NCBI GenBank assembly: GCA_965644295.1
Contig: CBFFRP010000629.1
Location: 1 to 25,066 of the forward strand
Source of the DNA: Paraphysomonas bandaiensis
Taxonomy: Eukaryota; Protista; Chrysophyceae
Length of the DNA stretch: 25,066 nucleotides
Direction of reading: 5' to 3'
Shown here: positions 1 through 10,195 of the stretch, one piece after another
Position numbering within the stretch: position 1 is the stretch's first letter
How the letters are laid out: each line of letters opens with the position of its first letter
Translations under genes and position numbers: made by a program
Notes under the pieces: generated by a model
Databases searched by the model: none
Seen by the model: the letters and a program-made list of their open reading frames with translations, nothing else
Told to the model about the DNA's origin: nothing

Positions 1-206
1 AAGAGAAAGCAATCGAACTTAATTATATGTGTTATAATTATGTGAGATATGAAAAGAACAACCTAGACAAAACTTCAACCATCGTACGTGAAGTGACACC
101 ATCGTATGTGTACCTGACTGCATCGTACCTATGTACAAGTACATAAGTACATAAGTACACAGTACGATATGGAATGAAGAGGAGCGACGGAGCTCATACT
201 CCAACT
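1..206 (-). repeat. Putative 3' LTR of copia element 1 (partial)
   Basis: It immediately follows the PPT. There is no second copy in the window, so the boundary is unconfirmed. Confidence 0.5.
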
Positions 207-214
207 CCCCCCCT
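205..214 (-). other. Polypurine tract of copia element 1
   Basis: The minus strand reads AGGGGGGGAG about 290 nt downstream of the pol stop. Confidence 0.7.
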
Positions 215-506
215 AGATCCAAAGCTACTCTTCATGACATGAAATGACATGATGAACAACATGATAGATACAACAAAATAGGAATAGTATCCAATCATGC
301 ACAAGATACTGAAAACCCAACAAAAAACCATAATAATGGATAAAAAAAATGGAAAGCATCTTAGAAATTGTAAAACATGATATAACAATAATGTGTGCAG
401 AGGACCAGATGGGGCATACCATCTACGAGTCATACACTCCCATTAATGCCATATAATATAGAGAGAACATGTTTCACAATAACAAGCAGTAACCCATGAA
501 AGAACC

Positions 507-3500
507 TTATAGTAATTTATCGAAAGGTCCCATCAATAGTGAACGCAGCCGACGGAAATCCTTCTTTCGTAACGGCTTGGTAAAAATATCTGCAACATTG
601 TCAGCAGAAGGAACATACTCAAAGACAATAATGTTGTTCGTAACAAGTTCACGAATAAAATGATGACGTATCGCAATATGTTTGGAACGCCTATGAAACA
701 CTGGGTTAGCCGCAAGTTTAATAGATGAAGTATTATCAACACGAATGCGTAGGGGACGAGGAACAGTAGAAGACGCTGAGGGTACAGACATAGGACGAGG
801 CACCGAAGTGACCATGCTCAGTGGTGATTGAAATTCATCAGTGGTTTCATGAAGTGACACACCTTCTTTACTCGAATCACCCATGCAATAATATTCACTG
901 TCCATTGTTGAAAGAGAGATCGAAGTCTGAAGTTTGGACTTCCACGCAACAGGACCATTAACATAAAAGAAAACGAAACCCGAATGAGACCGACGAGTAT
1001 CAATATCATAATTGGCCCAATTAGCATCGGCGTATCCATGCAATGTCGGATGTTCTTCATCTAAACGTCTGTATGTAATGCGACAATCTGTTGTACCTTT
1101 CAGATACTTAAGAATCTGGAGAACTGCATTCCAATGCTGCCTGCCAGGATTAGACAGAAAACGCGCAACTGTACATACAGCAAATGATATGTCAGGACGT
1201 GAACATACCATTAAATACATGAGTTTACCCACAACAGTACGATACGGAATAGTTGACATGTATTCACGATCAATATCATTATCAGGTGACATACTAGTGG
1301 ATAAAACAACATGTGCATCCATAGGAACAGGTGATATAGACAATGCATCTGCATTAGGTATACTATTTAAAATATCCTTAATATAGGTCGCCTGAGAAAG
1401 TTGAATGACTCGACGATCGGGAGAAGTATAGATGCGGATGCCTAAAAACCACTCAACAGTTCCAACATCTGTAGTCTGAAACTTGGAATGAAGAGCTGCA
1501 CAGATAGTATCGGCAAGAGTCGAAGAAGATGCAGCCAACAGAATATCGTCTACATATACACAGATAATAGCAAATTCGCCATTCACTGAGTAATAATATA
1601 CACATGTATCAGACTGACATTGCACAAATTTAATAGATAGCAGAAAACGAGACAACATAAGGTTGAACAGTCGACTGGCCTGTTTGAGACCATAGATAGA
1701 CTTCAGTAAATGATAACATTTTCCACGAGGAAGTGTAGTCCCTGTAGGAGCATGCATATAACAATCATAGTCAATATCGGACTGAGGAAAAGCTTTAGGC
1801 ACATCCAGTTGTCTAGTATACAAGCCATAATAAGCACACAATGCAAGTACGATACGAAGCGTAGAATGTCGAACCACCGGTGAAAAGGTCTGATCATAAT
1901 CAACACCATACTTTTGTGTGAAACCTTTAACAACAAGTCGAGCTCTGTAGCGAGTCACATTGCCATCTTTATCTCTTTTCTTCTTGAACACCCACTTTGT
2001 ACGTAAAAGATTCGCATTTTCAGGAATATCAACTATATGCCAAGTACCTTGTTTATTTAGACCCTCCAGCTCCTCCTGCATGGCCTCCAACCATTTATCT
2101 TTGTCAGGCGCACGACGCGCTGCAGCATAAGATAAAGGTTCATCAAAAACAGCATACGCAAAATCATGAACATCATAATCAGTAGGCGTTGGAGGTGACG
2201 GAATCGCTGCCATAAACGAGGGCTCATAGACATGGCACACCATCGCAAGATAAAATAACAAACGCTGAACAGGTGTCCGGGATCGTGTAGATCTCCGTAA
2301 TGAAGACGAAACAGCTGAGGACCGCGAAGGAACTGACTGAGTTGCTGAAGACCGAGTAGGAACAGACGTGGCATTTTGAGAAGATGAATGATTGTCCATC
2401 GGATTAAAATCATCATTAAGAGCAGTGGATGCCTGATGTGAAGAAGGAACACAAGAATCTGCATCGGAATCGTCATTAAGAGAAGTCGGTACAGATGCAG
2501 AAGAAGCTTCATCTTCAGTCTCATCATGAAAAGGAGATTCAGCAATATGGAGTTCATCATCAGACTCATCATGGAGTCGTTCCATACGGGTGAAGGGGGA
2601 AATCAATTTCAACGGTGTCTCAATAAACTGAACATCTGTAGTCTCGAGGACCCGTCCAGTGCTAGGGCGATACACACGTAGGGTAGATAAGGAATGAGGA
2701 TTATACCCAACAAAACGCACAATTTCAGAAGGATTACCCGCCTGAGCTGAAGAATAATGCACATTGTGATAATAACATTCAGCACCATATAAATGAAGAT
2801 ACTTAACAGTGGGATGTTGACCATACCATAAGAACCATGGGGTTTGAAAATTGGGCGCTCGTGGAGTTATAGCATGAAGTAAGACAGCAAATTCAGCAGA
2901 TAAATTCCATGTGTGACGAGGAAGACCAGCATAAGTGCGAAGAGTCCTCTCCTTAGTGCCAATTGTACGATTGTCACGCTCAATCACTCCACCATAACGC
3001 TTGTTTCCCGCAGGACCAACAATATGCCGAATGTCATGCTCAATGCAATACTGTTTGAACTCAGAATTGATAAACTCTGTACCTGGATCTGAAACCAACG
3101 TAAAGGTAGAAACATTCGCAGGACGTAACTCATTGAGAATAAAAACACGTAGACCATGAAGGAGAGCATCTGATTTTGCTTTCAAGAAATAAATGAACAA
3201 GCGATCCGAAAAATCATCACTGAAAAGCATCCAATATCGAACACCACCAATTCCTTTAGTCGCAAATGGTCCCTTGAGATCCACATGAATGAGTTGACCA
3301 CAGTATTGAGAACGGAGACGAGGATGATGACGAATAGACAACTTCGTGGACTTACATAATTTGTCAACCTCACAGTGCGGGAGTTGCGTGACATCAATAC
3401 TCTTCCAATGATAAGGAAAACCAAGAAGATGTCCTGCCCGAAGTGCACTGTACAATGTGTTGTACGAGAGGTGACCAAGTTTAATATGAAGAACTAAGAA

Positions 3501-4886
3501 AGCATACATCGCTTTAGACAATAATTGAGTCTGATCTTGACAAGAATTACGATCGACAACAATATTTGTGTACACATTACGCGCGCGACGCGTTGAAGAA
3601 GACGCCTGCCTGTTAGAAGAAGGGGCGATTGTTGCCTGCCTTTTTGTAGAGGGGGCAATAATAGAATAAGAAGCCTGCCTTTTATTGGGGGCTGTACATT
3701 GATACGCCTGCCTTGCCAATGAGGGGGCTGTACCATTTGAATAAGACTGATATGCCTGCCTTGCCAATGAGGGGGCTGTATCATTTGAATAATTCGCCTC
3801 ACTATAATGAGAATGGGCGTATACAGCATGACAGCTGTTGTAATAGGCCTTAATGCATTTATGTATAGAAGGGTCAATTGACTGTACCAAAGGGAAACCA
3901 ACATTTACGTACGTCGACATGTGCTGAAAATACGGGTCAGACAACTGTGAAAACTGAAAACCGTCCGTATACACAAAATCACAAACATGTTGAAAAGACG
4001 CAAACTGAAAACGGTTGTCGGACAAGACTACATCACCGCCAGAGTCAAATCCATCTGTATCTGCACCATCACACAACGACTCAATAACTGTTGGACGCAT
4101 AATTGACAACGACAAATGAGACACATTCTTAGCCACAGAATCTTTGGACACAGAAAAGGACACAGGTGATACATTTAGCGGTAAGTGCGCTATCCAATAA
4201 CGATACCTATATTTAAATAAAATATTAGGAACAGTTGAATCACGAGTATAAAGGGCAAGTTTGTCGCCATTGTCCAGATAGTTGAAACGCCAACCCTGCT
4301 CCAACATAAGGCCTTCTGACAACAGAGTTTTACCGAGCTCTGGATAATAGGAGACGTTGCCGAAGAAGGACATGTTCCCAGCACCAGTAGCCTTGAGTCG
4401 ATGCTTATCTGCAACATATAGATAATGATCTGTATTGGGAGTATATGAAGACAAAACATGTTTGCAATTGGTGAGATGATCAAAACATGCACTATCTAAA
4501 TGTACTTCAATGAAATCAGGTTGTGTAGGAGTAGTATCAGGTGTTGTAGAGGATGACATGTCATATACTGTGTAATAAGCATCATACGAATTAGAAGTAA
4601 TCATGGCAGTGTAATGTGCATCAATATCAGAATCATTAGCAAGCATAGTAGAGGAAATAGAATCATCTGGAGTATAGCCATCAAACTCTGGATCATAAGT
4701 ATGAATTGTATCTGGGTCATCGACGAACGCAACATGACGCGAGCGTGTATCACCACGGCCTGCACCACGACCACGACCACTACGACCACCACGTTTGGGA
4801 GGACGACCTGGACCTCGACGGGGTGACCTGAAAGCTCCTTGGTTATTGGGAAGAGGTGGGGCTTGATGTCCGGCTGCGCGCTGTGG
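507..4886 (-). CDS. Copia (gag C-terminal remnant)-pol polyprotein
   Basis: The ORF track gives 507-4646, but the frame stays open upstream to 4886 (PQRAAGHQAPPLPNNQGAFRSPRRGPGRPPKRGGRSGRGRG...). Motifs: protease HLDSACFDH; HIKLGH..CEVD; integrase HVDLKGP / VSDPGTEF / GVIERDNR (D35E); RT RYRARLVVKGF, YGLKQA, YVDD; RNase H YADANW, VDN, ADIFTK. Confidence 0.92.
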   Translation of the reverse strand, partial: PQRAAGHQAPPLPNNQGAFRSPRRGPGRPPKRGGRSGRGRGAGRGDTRSRHVAFVDDPDTIHTYDPEFDGYTPDDSISSTMLANDSDIDAHYTAMITSNSYDAYYTVYDMSSSTTPDTTPTQPDFIEVHLDSACFDHLTNCKHVLSSYTPNTDHYLYVADKHRLKATGAGNMSFFGNVSYYPELGKTLLSEGLMLEQGWRFNYLDNGDKLALYTRDSTVPNILFKYRYRYWIAHLPLNVSPVSFSVSKDSVAKNVSHLSLSIMRPTVIESLCDGADTDGFDSGGDVVLSDNRFQFASFQHVCDFVYTDGFQFSQLSDPYFQHMSTYVNVGFPLVQSIDPSIHKCIKAYYNSCHAVYAHSHYSEANYSNDTAPSLARQAYQSYSNGTAPSLARQAYQCTAPNKRQASYSIIAPSTKRQATIAPSSNRQASSSTRRARNVYTNIVVDRNSCQDQTQLLSKAMYAFLVLHIKLGHLSYNTLYSALRAGHLLGFPYHWKSIDVTQLPHCEVDKLCKSTKLSIRHHPRLRSQYCGQLIHVDLKGPFATKGIGGVRYWMLFSDDFSDRLFIYFLKAKSDALLHGLRVFILNELRPANVSTFTLVSDPGTEFINSEFKQYCIEHDIRHIVGPAGNKRYGGVIERDNRTIGTKERTLRTYAGLPRHTWNLSAEFAVLLHAITPRAPNFQTPWFLWYGQHPTVKYLHLYGAECYYHNVHYSSAQAGNPSEIVRFVGYNPHSLSTLRVYRPSTGRVLETTDVQFIETPLKLISPFTRMERLHDESDDELHIAESPFHDETEDEASSASVPTSLNDDSDADSCVPSSHQASTALNDDFNPMDNHSSSQNATSVPTRSSATQSVPSRSSAVSSSLRRSTRSRTPVQRLLFYLAMVCHVYEPSFMAAIPSPPTPTDYDVHDFAYAVFDEPLSYAAARRAPDKDKWLEAMQEELEGLNKQGTWHIVDIPENANLLRTKWVFKKKRDKDGNVTRYRARLVVKGFTQKYGVDYDQTFSPVVRHSTLRIVLALCAYYGLYTRQLDVPKAFPQSDIDYDCYMHAPTGTTLPRGKCYHLLKSIYGLKQASRLFNLMLSRFLLSIKFVQCQSDTCVYYYSVNGEFAIICVYVDDILLAASSSTLADTICAALHSKFQTTDVGTVEWFLGIRIYTSPDRRVIQLSQATYIKDILNSIPNADALSISPVPMDAHVVLSTSMSPDNDIDREYMSTIPYRTVVGKLMYLMVCSRPDISFAVCTVARFLSNPGRQHWNAVLQILKYLKGTTDCRITYRRLDEEHPTLHGYADANWANYDIDTRRSHSGFVFFYVNGPVAWKSKLQTSISLSTMDSEYYCMGDSSKEGVSLHETTDEFQSPLSMVTSVPRPMSVPSASSTVPRPLRIRVDNTSSIKLAANPVFHRRSKHIAIRHHFIRELVTNNIIVFEYVPSADNVADIFTKPLRKKDFRRLRSLLMGPFDKLL
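3603..3792 (-). repeat. In-frame tandem repeat within the copia 1 PR-IN linker
   Basis: Two 48-bp units encode YSN(D/G)TAPSLARQAYQ(S/C). Three shorter degenerate AP..(K/N)RQA units follow. Confidence 0.85.
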
Positions 4887-4959
4887 TTACATTAAGTTAT
4901 ATTCTAATTCATTTCTATTGAAATTTTGGTTCCTTAATGTTAGAATTGAACAGGCTTGC

Positions 4960-5080
4960 GTAACAATTAATTGGTTTTCAATTTATTGGCAATAATTGCC
5001 AATTAAATTAATTGGTTTTAAAAGTGATAATTTCCATTATTATTGATAAATGTTGCCAATTAATTGCAATTAATTGGCTG
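4960..5080. repeat. Cluster of AT-rich palindromes (CAATTAATTG core)
   Basis: Perfect 24-bp palindrome GCCAATTAATTGCAATTAATTGGC at 5055-5078; ATTGGCAAT-A-ATTGCCAAT at 4985-5003; repeated AATTAATTGG. Confidence 0.75.
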
Positions 5081-5169
5081 GCTAAACTATATATAGCATT
5101 CAACTGCTTCGAAATATTCAAGTATAGTAGTGTAAAATTTAATGATGTTATAAGTGTAACCGTTAGGTA

Positions 5170-5299
5170 CACTTATTTTTTCGGGAATAATTTGAAGCAA
5201 ATATACTCTATATTACTGCAATACAACTACGGCTGGAATACACATAATTGTTGTCTCAATATTAGAGGCATCTTTGAACAAAAATATACAAAGGATGCC
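5170..5299 (+). repeat. Dispersed ~100-130 bp repeat, copy 1
   Basis: ACTTATTTTTTCGGGAATAA...CTCTATATTACTGCAATACAACTACGGCTGGAATACA...TTGTTGTCTCAATATTAGAGG, matching 8362-8445 (+) and 22844-22949 (-). It ends in a GGCATC...GATGCC hairpin. Confidence 0.85.
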
Positions 5300-5574
5300 G
5301 TTACGGCAGTATAGCAACGACAGGAATCAGAAAGCAATTGATGAGAATGGCAGTAGTGACTCCTCAGAATGTGATAGCAATTCCTGTACTGATGACAGCA
5401 CGTTACTGGTAACTCGTCTGATAATGACAATGACACATTATTAACATTGTGTGCTTATTGTTGATTGTAGAATGCACAGTCTACTTGTTTAGTAATGGTG
5501 TATATATATACATATATAGAAATAATCTAATAATAATAGATACGTTATACTCTTCACCGCTGCGTTGCCAATTC

Positions 5575-5860
5575 TCTATAGGTTCAGAACTCAGGTACCT
5601 ACAGGTCTTTCGTCTTATACCTATAGGCAGCGAGAAGCACTACCTATAGCCAGTACCTAAGCTTGAGGTACCTATAGGTAGGTACCTAACTTTTATCACC
5701 TATAGGCAGGGTAGCTAGGTATACCTATAGATGGTGACAGCTAGGTATCTACCTATAGGTAGGGTCATTAGGCATGACTATAGGTGGGACCTAATAGGTA
5801 GGTACCTATTAGCCTATTAGGTACTTGCGGTGGACCTATAGGTAGAGCGACTTATAGATA
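5575..5860. repeat. Cluster of short palindromic motifs CCTATAGG / AGGTACCT
   Basis: At least five ACCTATAGG copies plus several GGTACCTA and CCTATTAG variants, with variable spacers, in about 290 bp. Confidence 0.8.
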
Positions 5861-5880
5861 CCGAATTCGTCCCACCGATG

Positions 5881-7233
5881 TCAATCTCGCTTTTAAGATC
5901 ATTACATTCTTGAAATAAATCGAAAACTGAGAAAAAGGAAGATAAGCCACATGACTCTTTGTATTTATTATAAGGTGAATGGACAGACGCTTATTTACGG
6001 ATAGCGAGGTTTTTCCATAGTATGTTTTATCTGTTTTTCTCCGGTAATTTTGTATACAAAGAAATTTTTCATTTTCATATTTTGTTTTTATTATAGTCAA
6101 GAAAAAATAAACGACTTTAGTTATTTTATGTATGAAAATCGACGTTATTTTCAGTTTTTAATAGTATGGTTACATACTATGGTTTAGTCTAAATACATAT
6201 AACACATTCCAAATCTGTTGCCTTCTACTAGCTATAATCGCTGCAGGTGGGGGTATCAGGCCGCCCAAAGTCTGCGCTGATGCAATCTTGCATTGACACC
6301 GAGTAAGCCAAGGATAAAGCAGACTTGAGGTTACTGCAACGGTCGGCTGAAATCGAAAACAGCAAAGGAACCTCGCTGACTCGATTGAGGTGCACTACGA
6401 CAAAACACGAAACAAAATTGGTGAGTAGCACCGGTGGAGTGCGGTAATTGTTGTCCCCACATAGACCCAATAACTCGGTGCAAGCTTCACGCAGGCCAGA
6501 GTGCAGATCACTGGGGTGTGTCAAATCTTTTTTAATCTCAATGGCAAACAAAACGTTGTGGCGAGCAATTTCACCAGGGGGGTCTGCATCCATAATAACG
6601 ATATCGGTTCTCCCTCGAACTTCTCCCCTGTATAGTACTTTCCCCTTCTTCTTATTGAATATATCGTATTCACGCAGAGAGAAGATGGGTGTACTGAATA
6701 GAAGACCGTCCGCCAACCTTTGACCATTCCCAACAGCAGCACTCACCAATTGCACCTTTGTACTCAAACCGATGAATTCCTTGAAAGCCGCGCAGAATGG
6801 ATCATACACAGATACTTCGTCTGTGCAACCTTCCGGCCACGCCCATTTAAAGTTAAACCGCGAGAAATATTTTTCTGATGTGTAAATATCACTGCTGAGA
6901 ACGGGGAAATCGATTTTGAGACGGCCCAATAGAGCTCTCAGATTCTTCTCTTTAGTTTGGGAATCCGCTGACGGTGTCAAGACAATGTGAAGCACTGTGG
7001 CTGGTAGCTGAGATAAAACCTGATGGATTGCCAAGTTTTGTCCCTGCTGGTTGTGTTCCACCTCCTGCTGGTGTCGTAACTGGTTGCGTTTCATCTCCTG
7101 CTGAAGTTGTAACACTCTCTGCTGATGTCGAAGAAGTGATCCAAAAAGGACACTGATTACTCCAACAAAGAGAGTGAGTAATCCAACAACAACATTAAAC
7201 TTCCAATCATCCATTGCGTCAATTCGAATTGTG
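5881..7233 (-). repeat. Left arm of a ~1.3 kb inverted duplication
   Basis: Reverse complement of 8453-9738; it includes the nuclease gene and about 350 bp of 3' flank. Confidence 0.95.
6228..7214 (-). CDS. Membrane-anchored PD-(D/E)xK restriction-endonuclease-fold protein, Crinkler (CR-REase)-like, 328 aa
   Basis: The start MDDWKF at 7214 is inferred from the paralog at 8474. It has a hydrophobic N-terminal helix (FNVVVGLLTLFVGVISVLFGSLL) and a Gln-rich coiled coil. The nuclease motif is E-V-RGRTDIVI...FAIEIKK...REACTELLGL...PPVLLTN. The upstream HTYI part of the track ORF is microsatellite. Confidence 0.75.
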   Translation of the reverse strand: MDDWKFNVVVGLLTLFVGVISVLFGSLLRHQQRVLQLQQEMKRNQLRHQQEVEHNQQGQNLAIHQVLSQLPATVLHIVLTPSADSQTKEKNLRALLGRLKIDFPVLSSDIYTSEKYFSRFNFKWAWPEGCTDEVSVYDPFCAAFKEFIGLSTKVQLVSAAVGNGQRLADGLLFSTPIFSLREYDIFNKKKGKVLYRGEVRGRTDIVIMDADPPGEIARHNVLFAIEIKKDLTHPSDLHSGLREACTELLGLCGDNNYRTPPVLLTNFVSCFVVVHLNRVSEVPLLFSISADRCSNLKSALSLAYSVSMQDCISADFGRPDTPTCSDYS

Positions 7234-7249
7234 AGATTAGAAAACCTAA

Positions 7250-7250
<1 letters not shown>

Positions 7251-7280
<30 letters not shown>

Positions 7281-8051
7281 TGTATGTATGTATGTATGTA
7301 TGTATGTATGTATGTATGTATGTATGTATGTATGTATGTATGTATGTATGTATGTATGTATGTATGTATGTATGTATGTATGTATGTATGTATGTATGTA
7401 TGTATGTATGTATGTATGTAGGTAGGTATGTATGTATGTATGTATGTATGTATGTATGTATGTATGTATGTATGTATGTATGTATGTATGTATGTATGTA
7501 TGTATGTATGTATGTATGTATGTATGCATGTATGTATGTATGTATGTATGTATGTATGTATGTATGTATGTATGTATGTATGTATGTATGTATGTATGTA
7601 TGTATGTATGTATGTATGTATGTATGTATGTATGTATGTATGTATGTATGTATGTATGTATGCATGTATGTATGTATGTATGTATGTATGTATGTATGTA
7701 TGTATGTATGTATGTATGTATGTATGTATGTATGTATGTATGTATGTATGTATGTATGTATGTATGTATGTATGTATGTATGTATGTATGTATGAATGTA
7801 TGTATGTATGTATGTATGTATGTATGTATGTATGTATGTATGTATGTATGTATGTATGTATGTATGTATGTATGTATGTATGTATGTATGTATGTATGTA
7901 TGTATGTATGTATGTATGTATGTATGTACAGTATGTATGTATGTATGTATGTATGTATGTATGTAGGTATGTATGTATGTATGTATGTATGTAGGTATGT
8001 ATGTATGTAGGTATGTATGTATGTATGTATGTAGGTATGTATGTATGTATG

Positions 8052-8083
<32 letters not shown>

Positions 8084-8357
8084 TGTAGGTAGGTAGGTAT
8101 GTAGGTATGTAGGTATGTATGTATGTATGTAGGTATGTATGTATGTATGTATGTATGTATGTATGTATGTATGTATGTAGGTAGGTAGGTAGGTAGGTAT
8201 GTATGTATGTATGTATGTATGTATGTATGTATGTATGTATGTATGTATGTATGTATGTATGTATGTATGTATGTATGTATGTATGTATGTATGTATGTAT
8301 GTATGTATGTATGTATGTATGTATGTATGTATGTATGTATGTATGTATGTATGTATG
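7251..8357. repeat. (TATG)n microsatellite, ~1.1 kb
   Basis: Near-perfect tetranucleotide array with occasional TAGG, CATG and AATG variants. Confidence 0.99.
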
Positions 8358-8361
8358 TGTG

Positions 8362-8445
8362 CTCTATATTACTGCAATAAAACTACGGCTGGAATACAGA
8401 TGATTGTTGTCTCAATATACGAGGCATCTAGCACAGAGAGGATGC
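8362..8445 (+). repeat. Dispersed repeat, copy 2 (5'-truncated at the microsatellite)
   Basis: CTCTATATTACTGCAATAAAACTACGGCTGGAATACAGATGATTGTTGTCTCAATATACGAGGCATC...GATGC. Confidence 0.85.
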
Positions 8446-8452
8446 TGATGCG

Positions 8453-9738
8453 CACAATTCGACTTGATGGCCAATGGATGACTGGCAGTTTTATGTTGTT
8501 GTTGGATTACTCACTGTCTTTGTTGGAGTAATCAGTGTCGCTATTGGATTAATTCTTCGACATCTGCAGGGCCAAAACTTGGCACTCCATCAGGTTTTAT
8601 CTCAGCTACCAGCCACAGTGCTTCACATTGTCTTGACACCGTCAGCGGATTCCCAAACTAAAGAGAAGAATCTGAGAGCTCTATTGGGCCGTCTCAAAAT
8701 CGATTTCCCCGTTCTCAGCAGTGATATTTACACATCAGAAAAATATTTCTCGCGGTTTAACTTTAAATGGGCGTGGCCGGAAGGTTGCACAGACGAAGTA
8801 TCTGTGTATGATCCATTCTGCGCGGCTTTCAAGGAATTCATCGATTTGAGTACAAAGGTGCAATTGGTGAGTGCTGCTGTTGGGAATGGTCAAAGGTTGG
8901 CGGACGGTCTTCTATTCAGTACACCCATCTTCTCTCTGCGTGAATACGATATATTCAATAAGAAGAAGGGGAAAGTACTATACAGGGGAGAAGTTCGAGG
9001 GAGAACCGATATCGTTATTATGGATGCAGACCCCCCTGGTGAAATTGCTCGCCACAACGTTTTGTTTGCCATTGAGATTAAAAAAGATTAGACACACCCC
9101 AGTGATCTGCACTCTGGCCTGCGTGAAGCTTGCACCGAGTTATTGGGTCTATGTGGGGACAACAATTACCGCACTCCACCGGTGCTACTCACCAATTTTG
9201 TTTCGTGTTTTGTCGTAGTGCACCTCAATCGAGTCAGCGAGGTTCCTTTGCTGTTTTCGATTTCAGCCGACCGTTGCAGTAACCTCAAGTCTGCTTTATC
9301 CTTGGCTTACTCGGTGTCAATGCAAGATTGCATCAGCGCAGACTTTGGGCGGCCTGATACCCCCACCTGCAGCGATTATAGCTAGTAGAAGGCAACAGAT
9401 TTGGAATGTGTTATTTGTATTTAGACTAAACCATAGTATGTAACCATACTATTAAAAACTGAAAATAACGTCGATTTTCATACATAAAATAACTAAAGTC
9501 GTTTATTTTTTCTTGACTATAATAAAAACAAAATATGAAAATGAAAAATTTCTTTGTATACAAAATTACCGGAGAAAAACAGATAAAACATACTATGGAA
9601 AAACCTCGCTATCCGTAAATAAGCGTCTGTCCATTCACCTTATACCTTATAATGAATACAAAGAGTCATGTGATTTATCTTCCTTTTTCTCAGTTTTCAA
9701 TTTATTTTAAGAATGTAATATCTTAAAAGCGAGATTGA
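8453..9738 (+). repeat. Right arm of the inverted duplication
   Basis: Reverse complement of 5881-7233. Confidence 0.95.
8474..9385 (+). pseudogene. Paralog of the PD-(D/E)xK nuclease gene with one in-frame nonsense codon
   Basis: Track ORFs 8474-9091 and 9143-9385 are one frame. TAG at 9089-9091 corresponds to TTG (Leu) in the left copy. This copy lacks 25 codons of the coiled coil. Confidence 0.88.
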
Positions 9739-9772
9739 AGATACAATATTAACGCCCCGTTTAAGTGATTAC

Positions 9773-10195
9773 AATGCAGCAGCAATCGAGTATCACTATA
9801 TTCAGCGGGATAAAAACTGCTGTAGTAAAAATTACAGATATCTAATGAAAATAAATGGTAAGCCAATGAATGGTAATCCATCACTTATGTCTGAAGAGCT
9901 CAACTGCTGGCCAGCTTCATACTTCAATGAAGCAACACAAGAAACGGAGGCTCTATACAGCTGTCAGATAGTTCTTCTACGTACTTCAGAATATCCTGAC
10001 ATGCCTGACTATCCACATATATCGAAAAAACTGACTGTATGGCCTTCGTTGAATGGATGGTAGATGCTCCCATAGATATAAAAGACCAATGGCAGACCGG
10101 ATGGCTTGTGTATTCTACTACCCCACGGACTCGTCGCACCTCGCGGAAGCGCTATGTATCCAAAACTTATAGCCCTAGAGAATTTCGGTCCTAAC
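9773..10195 (+). pseudogene. Decayed SET-domain-like coding remnant
   Basis: YRYLMKINGKPMNGNP...WPASYFNEA...YSCQIV, then after an apparent frameshift at the A6 run (10025-10030) MAFVEWMVDAPIDIKDQ..WLVY. This resembles the SET pattern Y.m...DG....a.fiN(H/E)...NC...dI...l.v.Y. Confidence 0.4.

Larger units (their letters stand above)
1..4886 (-). mobile_element. Ty1/copia LTR retrotransposon, 5'-truncated (5' LTR and most of gag missing; 3' LTR runs off the window start)
   Basis: Domain order PR-IN-RT-RNaseH on the minus strand. A polypurine tract lies at 205-214. The reading frame stops abruptly against AT-rich DNA at 4887. Confidence 0.9.

Noticed and set aside
7174-8531. ORFs of MYVC/HTYI repeats, including the first 105 aa of ORF 6228-7529
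   Set aside because: They are translations of the stop-free (TATG)n microsatellite.
5881-9738. Fold-back sequencing artefact explaining the inverted repeat
   Set aside because: The arms differ by an in-frame 75-bp indel and clustered substitutions, and the spacer keeps one orientation. Long-read confirmation is still advisable.
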